A DNA stretch of 38,592 nucleotides from a virus: the IMG/VR virus record IMGVR_UViG_3300045988_043362, positions 1 to 38,592 of that record; one strand, written 5' to 3'. Position numbers and translations under genes: made by a program. Below are positions 7,497 to 16,503 of this stretch, piece by piece. Position 1 is the first letter of the stretch, and the number at the start of each line of letters is the position of its first letter. The notes beneath the pieces are model-generated. The model saw only the letters and a list, made by a program, of their open reading frames with translations, searched no databases and was not told the DNA's origin.

Positions 7497-7522
7497 GTAT
7501 AAAACAAACAAAAGAGGGAAAT

Positions 7523-7717
7523 ATGACACAGGTACATTGCGATAGAAAGCATTGCTTGAACAATGATAAATATGGAATATGCACGGCTGATGCAATAGAA
7601 TATAACGGCTTGTGTCAAACGTATATAACGGCTAAACATTCTTGTAAACCACATTGCGGAATATGTCGCAAGGATAAAGGCAAGTTAAAACGGAAAGGCG
7701 GTGAGGTTCTTAAATAA
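7523..7717 (+). CDS. Cys-rich small protein, DUF1540-like
   Basis: HCDRKHCLNNDKYGICTADAIEYNGLCQTY fits the C-x2-3-C-x-N...C-x-A...C spacing of DUF1540. An AGAGGG RBS is present. Confidence 0.45.
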   Translation: MTQVHCDRKHCLNNDKYGICTADAIEYNGLCQTYITAKHSCKPHCGICRKDKGKLKRKGGEVLK

Positions 7718-8748
7718 TGGAAATTGTAACAAAAAGCTTACATGAATTAACTCCATATGATAAGAACGCACGCAAGAATGATAAAGCCGTTCCGTTAGTA
7801 GCAAAATCAATTGAATTATTTGGGTTTAAAGTGCCGATTGTAATTGATAGAAATAATGTAATTGTATGTGGACATACCAGATATAAGGCAGCACATGCAT
7901 TAGGTATTGAAGAAGTACCTTGTATTATTGCTGATGATCTAACAGACCAACAAATAAAAGCGTACAGGTTAGCAGACAATAAAGTAGCCGAGGTATCGAA
8001 ATGGGATAAAGGTATTTTGTCATTGGAAATGAATGAAATATTTGATTTCGATATGTCGGACTTTGGATTTGAAATTGCTGATCCAGTAGACACAGTTGAA
8101 ATAGAATTACCGCAAAAGGAAAACGAGCGTGAGCGTACGGCTAATGCATATAACTTGTATGATTTTGATGAAAACAGATGCACAGGGATATATGACATAC
8201 CTACACTGGATAAGGTGATACACACGCCGAAGTCGTTAATGGGGTTTAATTATTGCAAAAGTACACCGCCACAAGAAGGCGTAGGGGTTCATTTCTTCCT
8301 TGATGATTATCAATTTGAAAGAGTATGGAATAGTCCGGAAGATTACTGTACCATGCTTGCAGATTATGATTGTGTATTAACGCCTGATTTTAGCCTATAC
8401 ACGAACATGCCAATAGCGATGATGATATGGAATACATACAGAAGTCGCTTAATCGGTCAAATGATGCAAGATTATGGGTGTACGGTTATTCCTACTGTGT
8501 CATGGGCTGGTACAGATAGCTATGATTTCGCTTTTGATGGACTACCAACAGGCGGAGTGATAGCGGTATCAACTATAGGCGTTAAAAGAAGTAAAGATGC
8601 ATTTGATATATGGGTACAAGGTATGGATGAATGCATGAAAGTAGTTAAGCCGCATAGCGTAATTGTATATGGCGGTGATATTGGGTATACATTTGATTGC
8701 GATGTAACATATATCAGCAATTCAGTAACTGACAAGATGAAAGGGTAA
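7717..8748 (+). CDS. ParB-like nuclease domain / DUF4417 fusion protein
   Basis: The N-terminus LTPYDKNARKNDKAVPLVAKSIELFGFKVPIVID...CGHTRYKAAHALGIEEVPCII is a ParB/Srx fold. The C-terminal GVHFFLDDYQFERVWNSPEDY...PDFSLYTNMP...NTYRSRLIGQ is DUF4417-like. Confidence 0.75.
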   Translation: MEIVTKSLHELTPYDKNARKNDKAVPLVAKSIELFGFKVPIVIDRNNVIVCGHTRYKAAHALGIEEVPCIIADDLTDQQIKAYRLADNKVAEVSKWDKGILSLEMNEIFDFDMSDFGFEIADPVDTVEIELPQKENERERTANAYNLYDFDENRCTGIYDIPTLDKVIHTPKSLMGFNYCKSTPPQEGVGVHFFLDDYQFERVWNSPEDYCTMLADYDCVLTPDFSLYTNMPIAMMIWNTYRSRLIGQMMQDYGCTVIPTVSWAGTDSYDFAFDGLPTGGVIAVSTIGVKRSKDAFDIWVQGMDECMKVVKPHSVIVYGGDIGYTFDCDVTYISNSVTDKMKG

Positions 8749-8757
8749 GGTGAATAT

Positions 8758-8955
8758 ATGGGTGGTAGAGGTGCTGGATATTCGCTAACAGGTAGCGGAG
8801 AAGAAAGCAAAGGCACAAAGAAAAGCAAGGCAAAACTGGCAGCGTTGCAAGCTAGTTTTGATGCTAAATTCAATGATCATGTAAATAACATGAGAGCAAG
8901 GCAAGGCCAAGTGTGGCACGTTGAAAAAGGAAAAGGCCGTGCAGAAAAAAAATAG
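8758..8955 (+). CDS. Hypothetical protein, upstream half of a probable split gene (position fits a small terminase)
   Basis: It begins MGGRGAGYS and ends in an A8 run followed by TAG. See the frameshift finding. Confidence 0.45.
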   Translation: MGGRGAGYSLTGSGEESKGTKKSKAKLAALQASFDAKFNDHVNNMRARQGQVWHVEKGKGRAEKK

Positions 8956-9448
8956 AGCAGACAGAGAAAATGCTAGTCTAAACAGCCTAAAGGAAAAGAT
9001 TGAAAAACAAAAACGAGTGGTAGAACGTCAGGTAGCACGTGATAAAGCTAGAGGCAGCTTGTTTGACCATAAAGGTAATTTAAACATTACAGCTCGAAAT
9101 ATTAAACAGGTAAAAGCGTATTTAAAAGATTTAGATAGTGGCAAGGTACCTAAAACTAGAACGACAGCAACTATTAGAACGTGGAAAAAGAAAGTTGCTA
9201 ATTTAGAGGCCAGCATGAAAACAGCAAGTAAAACAAAGGTATCGACAAGTGCTAAAAGTTTAATTGATAGTGGTAAAGTTACGCAATGGGCGAAAAGACC
9301 TAACACATATTTTATTAAAGGACTAAAGAAAACGGCATTAGAATTACAGCCAGATGGAACGTTTAAACATAGTCCTCGTTATTATGGGCCAGCAACTCAT
9401 GAACATGCAGCGAGGGTGGCAAATTTCATCAAAACAGGTAATTTATAA
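8921..9448 (+). CDS. Hypothetical basic protein, downstream half of the probable split gene
   Basis: There is no ATG start and no RBS; the track start is a TTG. The frame is +1 relative to 8758..8955 and becomes continuous with it if one A of the A8 run is removed. Confidence 0.45.
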   Translation: MKKEKAVQKKNRADRENASLNSLKEKIEKQKRVVERQVARDKARGSLFDHKGNLNITARNIKQVKAYLKDLDSGKVPKTRTTATIRTWKKKVANLEASMKTASKTKVSTSAKSLIDSGKVTQWAKRPNTYFIKGLKKTALELQPDGTFKHSPRYYGPATHEHAARVANFIKTGNL

Positions 9449-9479
9449 CCATAAACCACGGATATAGCACAGAAAGGGG

Positions 9480-11069
9480 GTGAGCCAAGTGGCTATCAAT
9501 AAACAAAACCTAAGAGATATAGGCAAGTTACCGAAAGAAGAGCGTCAACGGCTTGGTTCACTCGGTGGCATTGCTAGTGGCAAGGCAAAAAGAGCCAAAA
9601 AGACATGGAGAGAAATAACCAATACATTATTGGATACTCCATTAAAAGACGGCCAAATAGATGAGAAAATAAAGAGCCTTGCAAGTGCTAAGGGGTTAAA
9701 TATAACGGCACAGACGGCTATTGTACTAAAACAGGTAGTAAATGCAATTAATGGTGATAATAAAGCAGCCGAATTCGTATTAAATGTATCTGGTGGACTT
9801 ACAGAAAATGATGAACCAACACAGGATACATTTAAGCGTGTTGATTTAACTGAGGTTATTATTCCACATTATGACGTAGTAAGTGCTGATATTAAACGGC
9901 ATAGACACACGCATTATTGGTTAACTGGTGGACGTGGTAGTACTAAATCGTCATTTGTTGGTATTGAAGTAGTTGACACCTTGATGAATAACAAAGATTG
10001 TCATGCGGTTGTATTACGTAAAGTAGGGCAGACACTTAAAAACTCCGTATACGCTCAAATAGAGTGGTGTATAGAGAAATTGGGTGTATCTGATAAGTTT
10101 ACGTTCAAGAAATCGCCATTAGAGATTATCTATAATCCAACAGGGCAACGGATATTATTCCTAGGTGTTGATGATCCACAAAAAGTAAAATCAATTAAAT
10201 TACCATTTGGGTATGTCGGTATAGTATGGTTCGAAGAATTAGACCAATTCGCCGGCATGAATGAAATACGAAATATAAACCAGTCCTTATTACGTGGAGG
10301 TGATAAGTACTGGTGTTTTTATTCGTTTAATCCACCTAAAAGCCGTGATAATTGGGTGAACGTAGAACAATTAACAGATGATGCAGATAGGATGGTAATC
10401 AAAAGTGATTACACTATGGTACCTGTGGAGTGGCTAGGGCAACAATTCGTCAATGAAGCCGAAAAGTTAAAAGAGGCACGGCCTGACCTGTACGCTCATG
10501 AATATATGGGCGAAGTAACAGGCACAGGCGGTGATGTATTCCCTAACGTTGAAGAATTAGACATCACAGATGAAATCATAGATACATTTGATAATGTATT
10601 CCATGGTATTGACTTTGGTTTTGCGACTGACCCATTCGTATACATGAAAATGAACTACGATGAAAAGCACGATACTATTTATATCTACGATGAAGTATAC
10701 GGAACTAAATTAACCAATAAGAAAGCCGTGAACCTCATCAAGGATAAAGTAGGCGATAGGCCTGTATATTGTGATAGTGCAGAACCTAAATCTATAGCAG
10801 AATTCACAGAATTAGGTATAAGAGCCTACCCAGTACGTAAAGGGCCTGATAGCCGTGATTTTAGTATTAAATGGTTATCAGATAGAGCAAAGATTTACAT
10901 TGATAAAAAGCGTTGCCCTAACGCATATCGTGAGTTTATGTCTTACGAATTCGCACAAGACAAAGATGGTAATTTTATTTCTAGCTATCCAAAACATAAT
11001 GACCATACCATTGATGCGGTACGTTATGGCTTACGTGAAATTATGGACGGTGCAAGATTTAGTTGGTAA
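9480..11069 (+). CDS. terL: Terminase large subunit (PBSX/XtmB-type) with a basic N-terminal extension
   Basis: Walker A is YWLTGGRGSTKSSF, the Walker B-like motif is GIVWFEELDQF, and nuclease-domain motifs include GIDFGFATDP and HTIDAVRYGL. Confidence 0.9.
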   Translation: MSQVAINKQNLRDIGKLPKEERQRLGSLGGIASGKAKRAKKTWREITNTLLDTPLKDGQIDEKIKSLASAKGLNITAQTAIVLKQVVNAINGDNKAAEFVLNVSGGLTENDEPTQDTFKRVDLTEVIIPHYDVVSADIKRHRHTHYWLTGGRGSTKSSFVGIEVVDTLMNNKDCHAVVLRKVGQTLKNSVYAQIEWCIEKLGVSDKFTFKKSPLEIIYNPTGQRILFLGVDDPQKVKSIKLPFGYVGIVWFEELDQFAGMNEIRNINQSLLRGGDKYWCFYSFNPPKSRDNWVNVEQLTDDADRMVIKSDYTMVPVEWLGQQFVNEAEKLKEARPDLYAHEYMGEVTGTGGDVFPNVEELDITDEIIDTFDNVFHGIDFGFATDPFVYMKMNYDEKHDTIYIYDEVYGTKLTNKKAVNLIKDKVGDRPVYCDSAEPKSIAEFTELGIRAYPVRKGPDSRDFSIKWLSDRAKIYIDKKRCPNAYREFMSYEFAQDKDGNFISSYPKHNDHTIDAVRYGLREIMDGARFSW

Positions 11070-11078
11070 GGAGGTACA

Positions 11079-12497
11079 ATGCTAACAATTAATGAAATGT
11101 GGCAAGCAATCATAGAAGGGAATAGTGGTATCTCTGAACGTGAATTCTTGCAAAATGAAATACGTAAATTTTTAAGCGGTAAAGAAAGAAAAGACATGCT
11201 GACCGGTAGACGATACTACGAGGGGAAGCATGACGTTCTAAACAAAAAGCGGACTACCATCATCGAAGATGGAAAGTTGATGGAGCTTGAAAACCTACCG
11301 AACAATAAAATCGTCGATAATAAAATTGATGATTTAGTAGACCAAAAAGTCAATTATATGCTTGGTAAGCCGCTTGAAATTAAGACGGAAGATGACCGCA
11401 TCACTGATATATTTAATCGTAAATTCCAACGTACACTATTAAATGTATGCAGCGATTCGCAGATAGCTGGTAAAGGGTATTTGTATCCGTATATTAACGC
11501 AAATGGTGATATAGCGTTTAAACGTTTAAAGCCTGAAAACATTATTCCGTTTTGGCGTGATGATGATCATACGCAGTTAGATGCATTTGTGTATATGTAC
11601 GATATGGAAGTGTATGCTCCGCTAGGTGCTAATCAGACAGTAACATTTGTAGAGTTTTACACAAAAGACAAAGTAAAGTATTACACCTATCAAAATCAAA
11701 ACTTGTACATCAATCAAGAAAAAGACGAGCAACGCTATATTAACGCTGGCAACGTGTTCTATGATTGGGGTCAAGTACCTTTAATCTGTTTCAAAGGTAA
11801 TCATATAGAACAACCTATTATTAATCGTGTTAAGTGCTTACAAGATGCATTGAATGATATGTATTCGATGTTAGCGGATAACATGATGGAAGATAGTCGG
11901 AATACAATTCTGATATTGAAGAACTATGACGGCACAGACCTGGCAGATTTTAGACAAAAGCTAGCCCAATATGGAGCGGTCAAGATTAATACTGTAAATG
12001 GTGATGGTGGTGTTGAGGCTTTACATATAGAAGTGAATACGGCTAACTATCAATTTATTATCCATGCATTGAAAACGGCAATTATAGAAAATGGCCGTGG
12101 ATTTGATGCAAAAGATGATAGAATGGCTAATAATCCTAATCAGATGAACATCATGAGCATGTATTCTGATATTGATTTGGATAGTAACCAACTTGAAGTA
12201 GAATTCCAAGCATCATTTGAAAAAATGCTTGAATTCATTGGCCAGTATTACAACATTCTAGGTAGTAACGCACTTGACGATGTGGAATTTATATTTAATA
12301 AACTCACACCAGTCAATGAAAGTGAAATCATCAACAATTGCCGTAACAGTGTAGGCATCATCTCCAACGAAACAATCGTATCTAATCACCCATGGACATT
12401 AGACACCAATGAGGAATTAGAACGTTTGAAGAAAGAACAGGCCGAATTAATGCCTGACTTTGTAATTCCTAATGGTGGTGAGGGACATGGCGAATGA
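11079..12497 (+). CDS. Portal protein (SPP1 gp6-type)
   Basis: 472 aa, directly after TerL, with the length and layout typical of SPP1-family portals. Confidence 0.8.
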   Translation: MLTINEMWQAIIEGNSGISEREFLQNEIRKFLSGKERKDMLTGRRYYEGKHDVLNKKRTTIIEDGKLMELENLPNNKIVDNKIDDLVDQKVNYMLGKPLEIKTEDDRITDIFNRKFQRTLLNVCSDSQIAGKGYLYPYINANGDIAFKRLKPENIIPFWRDDDHTQLDAFVYMYDMEVYAPLGANQTVTFVEFYTKDKVKYYTYQNQNLYINQEKDEQRYINAGNVFYDWGQVPLICFKGNHIEQPIINRVKCLQDALNDMYSMLADNMMEDSRNTILILKNYDGTDLADFRQKLAQYGAVKINTVNGDGGVEALHIEVNTANYQFIIHALKTAIIENGRGFDAKDDRMANNPNQMNIMSMYSDIDLDSNQLEVEFQASFEKMLEFIGQYYNILGSNALDDVEFIFNKLTPVNESEIINNCRNSVGIISNETIVSNHPWTLDTNEELERLKKEQAELMPDFVIPNGGEGHGE

Positions 12498-13512
12498 TTA
12501 CTGGCAAAAGCGGTATGAACGTATCCTAGATGAAGCATTTCAAAAGGCGACGTTAACCGATGAGGAAATTAAAAAGCAGTATGCACGAGCGTTACGGCGG
12601 ATAGAAAAGGCCATTAATGATTGGTATCGAAGATTTGCCAATGAAAACGGCATTACGTTACAAGAAGCACGAAAGCTACTAGATAAGTACGAAATGAAAG
12701 CCTTTAAGATGGACTTGAAAGAGTTTGAAAAAGAGGCGAAACAATTCGGAATGTCTAAGGAACACCAACAAATGCTATCTAATGCATCGATACGTGAGCG
12801 GTTAAGCCGTGAGCAAATGCTGTATATCAATATGGTGCATGAAATCGAAGTTATGGCACATAGTCAAAATATATCGGTTAAAAATATGCTTGATGATGTC
12901 TATAGATCATCAGTATATAAGAGTGCATATACGGCACAAACGCAACGAGGCACGCACTCAATGATTAATAGCATTGATGGTAAGCGTGTTGATAGTGTTA
13001 TAAATAGCCAATGGGCTAATGATGGCCAAGATTTCAGCAGTCGCATATGGAGTGATAAGGTCAAGCTAGTAGCTAACTTGCAGAATGATTTCACACAAGC
13101 GTTGATGATTGGCCAAGGTGCTGACACTATGGCTGATAACCTAAGCAAGCGAATGAAAACATCGTATAGCAACGCTAAACGGCTAGTAGAAACAGAAACA
13201 GCACGAGTACATGAACAGGGCTTTCTTGATAGTATGGCAGAACTCGATGTTGATAAGTTGGAGATACTAGCCACGCTAGACAGTCATACATCGCCTATTT
13301 GTAGGAGAATGGATAGAAAGATTGTTAGACGTGTTGATGCTAAACCTGGCGTTACTGTTCCTCCGTTCCATTGCTATTGTCGTTCTACTACTATCCCTTA
13401 TATAGAGGGGTTAGAGGGTGAAACACGAACAGGCAGAAATAAAGATGATAAAAGCATCGATGTGGATGGTGCTATATCCTATGAAGAATGGGAAAAACAA
13501 TATATTAGTTAA
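12487..13512 (+). CDS. Head morphogenesis protein (SPP1 gp7 / Mu F-like)
   Basis: ATLDSHTSPICRRMDRKIV...PPFHCYCRSTTIPY is the Mu-F/gp7 signature. The ATG at 12487 follows ggtggtgaggga. Confidence 0.8.
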   Translation: MANDYWQKRYERILDEAFQKATLTDEEIKKQYARALRRIEKAINDWYRRFANENGITLQEARKLLDKYEMKAFKMDLKEFEKEAKQFGMSKEHQQMLSNASIRERLSREQMLYINMVHEIEVMAHSQNISVKNMLDDVYRSSVYKSAYTAQTQRGTHSMINSIDGKRVDSVINSQWANDGQDFSSRIWSDKVKLVANLQNDFTQALMIGQGADTMADNLSKRMKTSYSNAKRLVETETARVHEQGFLDSMAELDVDKLEILATLDSHTSPICRRMDRKIVRRVDAKPGVTVPPFHCYCRSTTIPYIEGLEGETRTGRNKDDKSIDVDGAISYEEWEKQYIS

Positions 13513-13513
13513 T

Positions 13514-13537
13514 AAGCAGCTTAACGGCTGCTTTTTT
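13514..13537 (+). terminator. Intrinsic terminator after the head morphogenesis gene
   Basis: aagcagc / ttaacg / gctgctt followed by TTTT. Confidence 0.65.
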
Positions 13538-13640
13538 GATTGCCGTTTTAGTATTGTTAGGCGTAAAACAACAAGACCGTAGCCGTGAGGTGTGGCTCAC
13601 GAAAATAAAGCGAAATGGGTATTTGTATAAGGGGGTCAAT

Positions 13641-14246
13641 ATGACTAAAGACGAATTAATGAAGTTAGGTTTGAGTGAAGAGGTAGCGGACAAAGTGGTG
13701 GAAGATTACGGCAAAAATTACGTATCTAAAGACCAATTTAATGCGAAAAACGACAAACTCAAATCTGTGGAGGGGGAATTATCAAAAGTACGTGGTGAAA
13801 TTGATAACCTTCAAAAAGCTAATACTAGTAACGACGAACTAAAGAAACAAATCGATGCATTGAAAGCCGATTCAGACAAAAGAACCACTGAATACGAGGC
13901 GAAAATCAAAAGCATGGAAATCGATAGTATCGTGAATGCGGCATTGAGTGGTGTCAAATCTAAGAATAATAAGGCTGTGCGTGCTTTGTTAGATCTAACT
14001 GATGCAAAAATTGAAAATGGCGAAATTAAAGGGTTAAAAGACCAATTAGATGCGGTCATGAAAGAGAACCCTTTTTTATTTGGCGAAAACACAAAACCAA
14101 CAGGCACACCAGCTGGCAATGATGGCGGTAAGCATGGCACACCTACGATTACATCAAAGGAATTTGCCAAGATGAACTATGCTGAACGCTCGAAACTTTA
14201 CGATGAAAATCAAGAACTCTATAACCAATTATCAAAAGGAGAATAA
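13641..14246 (+). CDS. Scaffolding protein (phage GP20-like)
   Basis: The ATG at 13641 follows a GGGGG RBS. MTKDELMKLGLSEEVADKVVEDYGKNYVSKDQFNAKNDKLK plus a coiled-coil body. It lies immediately before the capsid gene. Confidence 0.75.
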   Translation: MTKDELMKLGLSEEVADKVVEDYGKNYVSKDQFNAKNDKLKSVEGELSKVRGEIDNLQKANTSNDELKKQIDALKADSDKRTTEYEAKIKSMEIDSIVNAALSGVKSKNNKAVRALLDLTDAKIENGEIKGLKDQLDAVMKENPFLFGENTKPTGTPAGNDGGKHGTPTITSKEFAKMNYAERSKLYDENQELYNQLSKGE

Positions 14247-14250
14247 AAAT

Positions 14251-15141
14251 ATGAGTAAACAAAAATTCACATTTGATTTGCAACGCTTTGCAACAGGCAT
14301 TACTACTTCTACTAACATGATTAAACCGCAAGTTATGGCTGACATGGTGTCCGCTGGCTTGCCTAAAGCGATTAAATTTACACAAATTGCGACATTCGAT
14401 AACACTTTGGTAGGTCAACCAGGTGAAAGCGTAACAGTACCAGTATGGGGTTATATCGGTGATGCTGTAGACCTTACAGAAGGTACAGCAATGGATACAG
14501 AACAAATGACTGCAACTCACGATGATTACAAAATCAAAGAGGCTGGCAAAGCAGTTGAATTAACTGATAAAGCTATCCTTACAGGATTGGGTGACCCAGT
14601 TGGTGCAGCTGCTCAACAGTTGTCTATGGCTATTGCATCTAAAGTCGATAACGATGTATTGACTGCGTTGAGTGGTGCTACACTTACTTCTACTTCTACA
14701 AGTGCGATTTCTTATGATGGCATTGTTGATGCGGTTGCTAAATTCGATGAAGAACAAGAAGGCGTGGTGAAATATTTATTTATTTCCCCAGCACAAGAAG
14801 CAACTTTGCGTAAAGACCCTAACTTCATCGACAAAAACAAATACGGTAACGATGTAATGGCTAGTGGCGTAATCGGTAAAATTGCTGGCTGTAACGTTGT
14901 TGTTTCTCGTAAAATCGTAGAAAACTCAGGCAACTTCAATAACTATATCGTTCAAGTTACACCAGAACCAGAAGATGGTGTTCCAGCACTTCCAGCAGTA
15001 ACAATCTTCATGAAACGTGATGCATTAGTTGAAACTGATCGTGATGTATTGAAACGTACAAACGTAATTACAGTAACTGAACATTACATTGCAGCGTTGA
15101 CTAATAAATCCAAAGTTGTAAAAGCAACATTCAAAAAATAG
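14251..15141 (+). CDS. Major capsid protein
   Basis: The ATG at 14251 follows AAAGGAGAA. The N-terminus MSKQKFTFDLQRFA is characteristic of Firmicute-phage major capsid proteins. It follows the scaffold gene. Confidence 0.8.
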   Translation: MSKQKFTFDLQRFATGITTSTNMIKPQVMADMVSAGLPKAIKFTQIATFDNTLVGQPGESVTVPVWGYIGDAVDLTEGTAMDTEQMTATHDDYKIKEAGKAVELTDKAILTGLGDPVGAAAQQLSMAIASKVDNDVLTALSGATLTSTSTSAISYDGIVDAVAKFDEEQEGVVKYLFISPAQEATLRKDPNFIDKNKYGNDVMASGVIGKIAGCNVVVSRKIVENSGNFNNYIVQVTPEPEDGVPALPAVTIFMKRDALVETDRDVLKRTNVITVTEHYIAALTNKSKVVKATFKK

Positions 15142-15152
15142 AGGGTGAAATT

Positions 15153-15314
15153 ATGGGAATGCTATTGAGACGATACCACAAGACGGAAAATCCAACAGTA
15201 GAGGAAACTACGAACACGGAAGAAAATCCAACAGTAGAGGAAACTACGGATAGCAAAGGATTGGTGAAGAATGTTAGAAAAAATTCTAGATCTAATTCTA
15301 ACAATAACGAATAA
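15153..15314 (+). CDS. Small repeat-containing protein (53 aa; below the ORF-track cutoff)
   Basis: The ATG follows a GAGGG RBS. MGMLLRRYHKTENPTVEETTNTEENPTVEETTDSKGLVKNVRKNSRSNSNNNE. It contains a perfect 27-bp direct repeat. Confidence 0.35.
   Translation: MGMLLRRYHKTENPTVEETTNTEENPTVEETTDSKGLVKNVRKNSRSNSNNNE
15185..15247 (+). repeat. Perfect 27-bp direct repeat gaaaatccaacagtagaggaaactacg (15185-15211 and 15221-15247)
   Basis: Direct reading, with a 9-bp spacer. Confidence 0.85.
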
Positions 15315-15636
15315 AAGCATTGATGTTGAAACACCTATTCTTAACTATCTGATTACTGCAGAAACCCAACGAGTACTCAATATTATTAACTGTAAAACGC
15401 TACCGGCTGAACTCGAACACGTAATAGTGCATCGGGTAGTCGGAGCGTATTTACAGACCAATATTGTTGCGTTAGTTGGTGTTGAAAACTTAGACGTGCC
15501 TACACAGATTAAAATGGGTGACACTCAAGTGAGTTTTAGCAGTAAAAGTGCAGAGGATAGATTGAAAGAAATGGCTCAAATATTCGCAAATTATGGAGAG
15601 GGTGAGTTGACATGCTTCCGACGGCTGAAATGGTAG
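15271..15636 (+). CDS. Head-tail connector (gp6-like DNA-packaging/adaptor protein)
   Basis: Called on position after the capsid gene, on size, and on the helical N-terminus typical of gp6-like connectors. Confidence 0.5.
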   Translation: MLEKILDLILTITNKSIDVETPILNYLITAETQRVLNIINCKTLPAELEHVIVHRVVGAYLQTNIVALVGVENLDVPTQIKMGDTQVSFSSKSAEDRLKEMAQIFANYGEGELTCFRRLKW

Positions 15637-15983
15637 AGAAGTACACAAAGCAAATCGAGAAACTTTACGATTGTGAATGTACGATTGAAATCGAAATCGA
15701 CCAAATGGACGAAGAAACAGGGATAATGGCAAAATCAACCAAAATTGACGGCCCATATCCTTGCAGATTGTCATATAAAACATCGAATACTGTCAATATG
15801 GCTGAAATTCCAAAATTTACGCAGTATACGAGCCTTTTCTGTTCGCCTAGTGTAATCATACCAAAAGGCTCTCGAATAGCTGTTACAGGGCGAAATACAA
15901 AGCAACTTTTTCGCAGTGCATCGATTTCTGCACGATACGACACCCATCAAGAGGTGCAACTAGAAAATTTAGAGGTGCATTGA
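15612..15983 (+). CDS. Head closure / head-tail joining protein
   Basis: Called on gene order between the connector and the gp10-like protein. I recognise no motif. Confidence 0.35.
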   Translation: MLPTAEMVEKYTKQIEKLYDCECTIEIEIDQMDEETGIMAKSTKIDGPYPCRLSYKTSNTVNMAEIPKFTQYTSLFCSPSVIIPKGSRIAVTGRNTKQLFRSASISARYDTHQEVQLENLEVH

Positions 15984-15984
15984 T

Positions 15985-16503
15985 ATGGGTGTTGAATTTA
16001 ACCTCAAAGATTTTGCTGATTTTAAAGATTGTTTAATAAAGTTAAGTCAATCAGGGAATATTCAAGCGTTTAATAAAAAAGTGGTTGAAAACATGGCGAG
16101 TGTGTATGTGCGTGAGGCAAAGTTAAATACGCCAGTTGGTAAAAGGTCAGTAAAATTCATGCAACATGGAAAGATACGGACAAAATACTTTGATAGCGAA
16201 CATACACGCCAATCATGGAGTATTGGTAAATATCAATTGAACAATCAAAGCGGTAAAGTTGAAGTGTTCAATACATCATCATATGCATCCTTCCTAAACG
16301 ATGGACATAGGCAAGAGGTTGGGAAATTTCTTCCATGGATAGGTCAATCTAAAGGCGGTGTAATGCAAGGTGGCAGATTGAAAAAACTTTGGGTTGATGG
16401 TGCATATATGCATGAGAAAGCTGAAAAGGCACTCAGTAAAAACGCTAAACGTATTATGGAAATTACATTGAAGAAATGGATTGAAAAACATGGTGGATTC
16501 TGA
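15985..16503 (+). CDS. HK97 gp10-like tail-completion/neck protein
   Basis: VYVREAKLNTPVGK...SSYASFLNDGH resembles the HK97 gp10 family. Confidence 0.55.
   Translation: MGVEFNLKDFADFKDCLIKLSQSGNIQAFNKKVVENMASVYVREAKLNTPVGKRSVKFMQHGKIRTKYFDSEHTRQSWSIGKYQLNNQSGKVEVFNTSSYASFLNDGHRQEVGKFLPWIGQSKGGVMQGGRLKKLWVDGAYMHEKAEKALSKNAKRIMEITLKKWIEKHGGF

Noticed and set aside
7710-8225. 171-aa minus-strand ORF
   Set aside because: It lies entirely antisense to the ParB/DUF4417 gene, which has clear family motifs. Its translation is low-complexity (Ser/Ile/Phe-rich), and it has no RBS and no neighbouring minus-strand genes.
10855-11085. 76-aa plus-strand ORF overlapping the 3' end of the terminase gene
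   Set aside because: It is an alternative frame of a conserved nuclease domain, with no RBS and a hydrophobic low-complexity translation.
13536-13640. N-terminal extension of the scaffold ORF (track start 13536), and the similar extension of the capsid ORF (track start 14179)
   Set aside because: The scaffold extension would begin inside the 13514-13537 terminator hairpin, and the capsid extension would overlap the scaffold gene's 3' end. Internal ATGs at 13641 and 14251 have strong RBSs and give the conserved N-termini.
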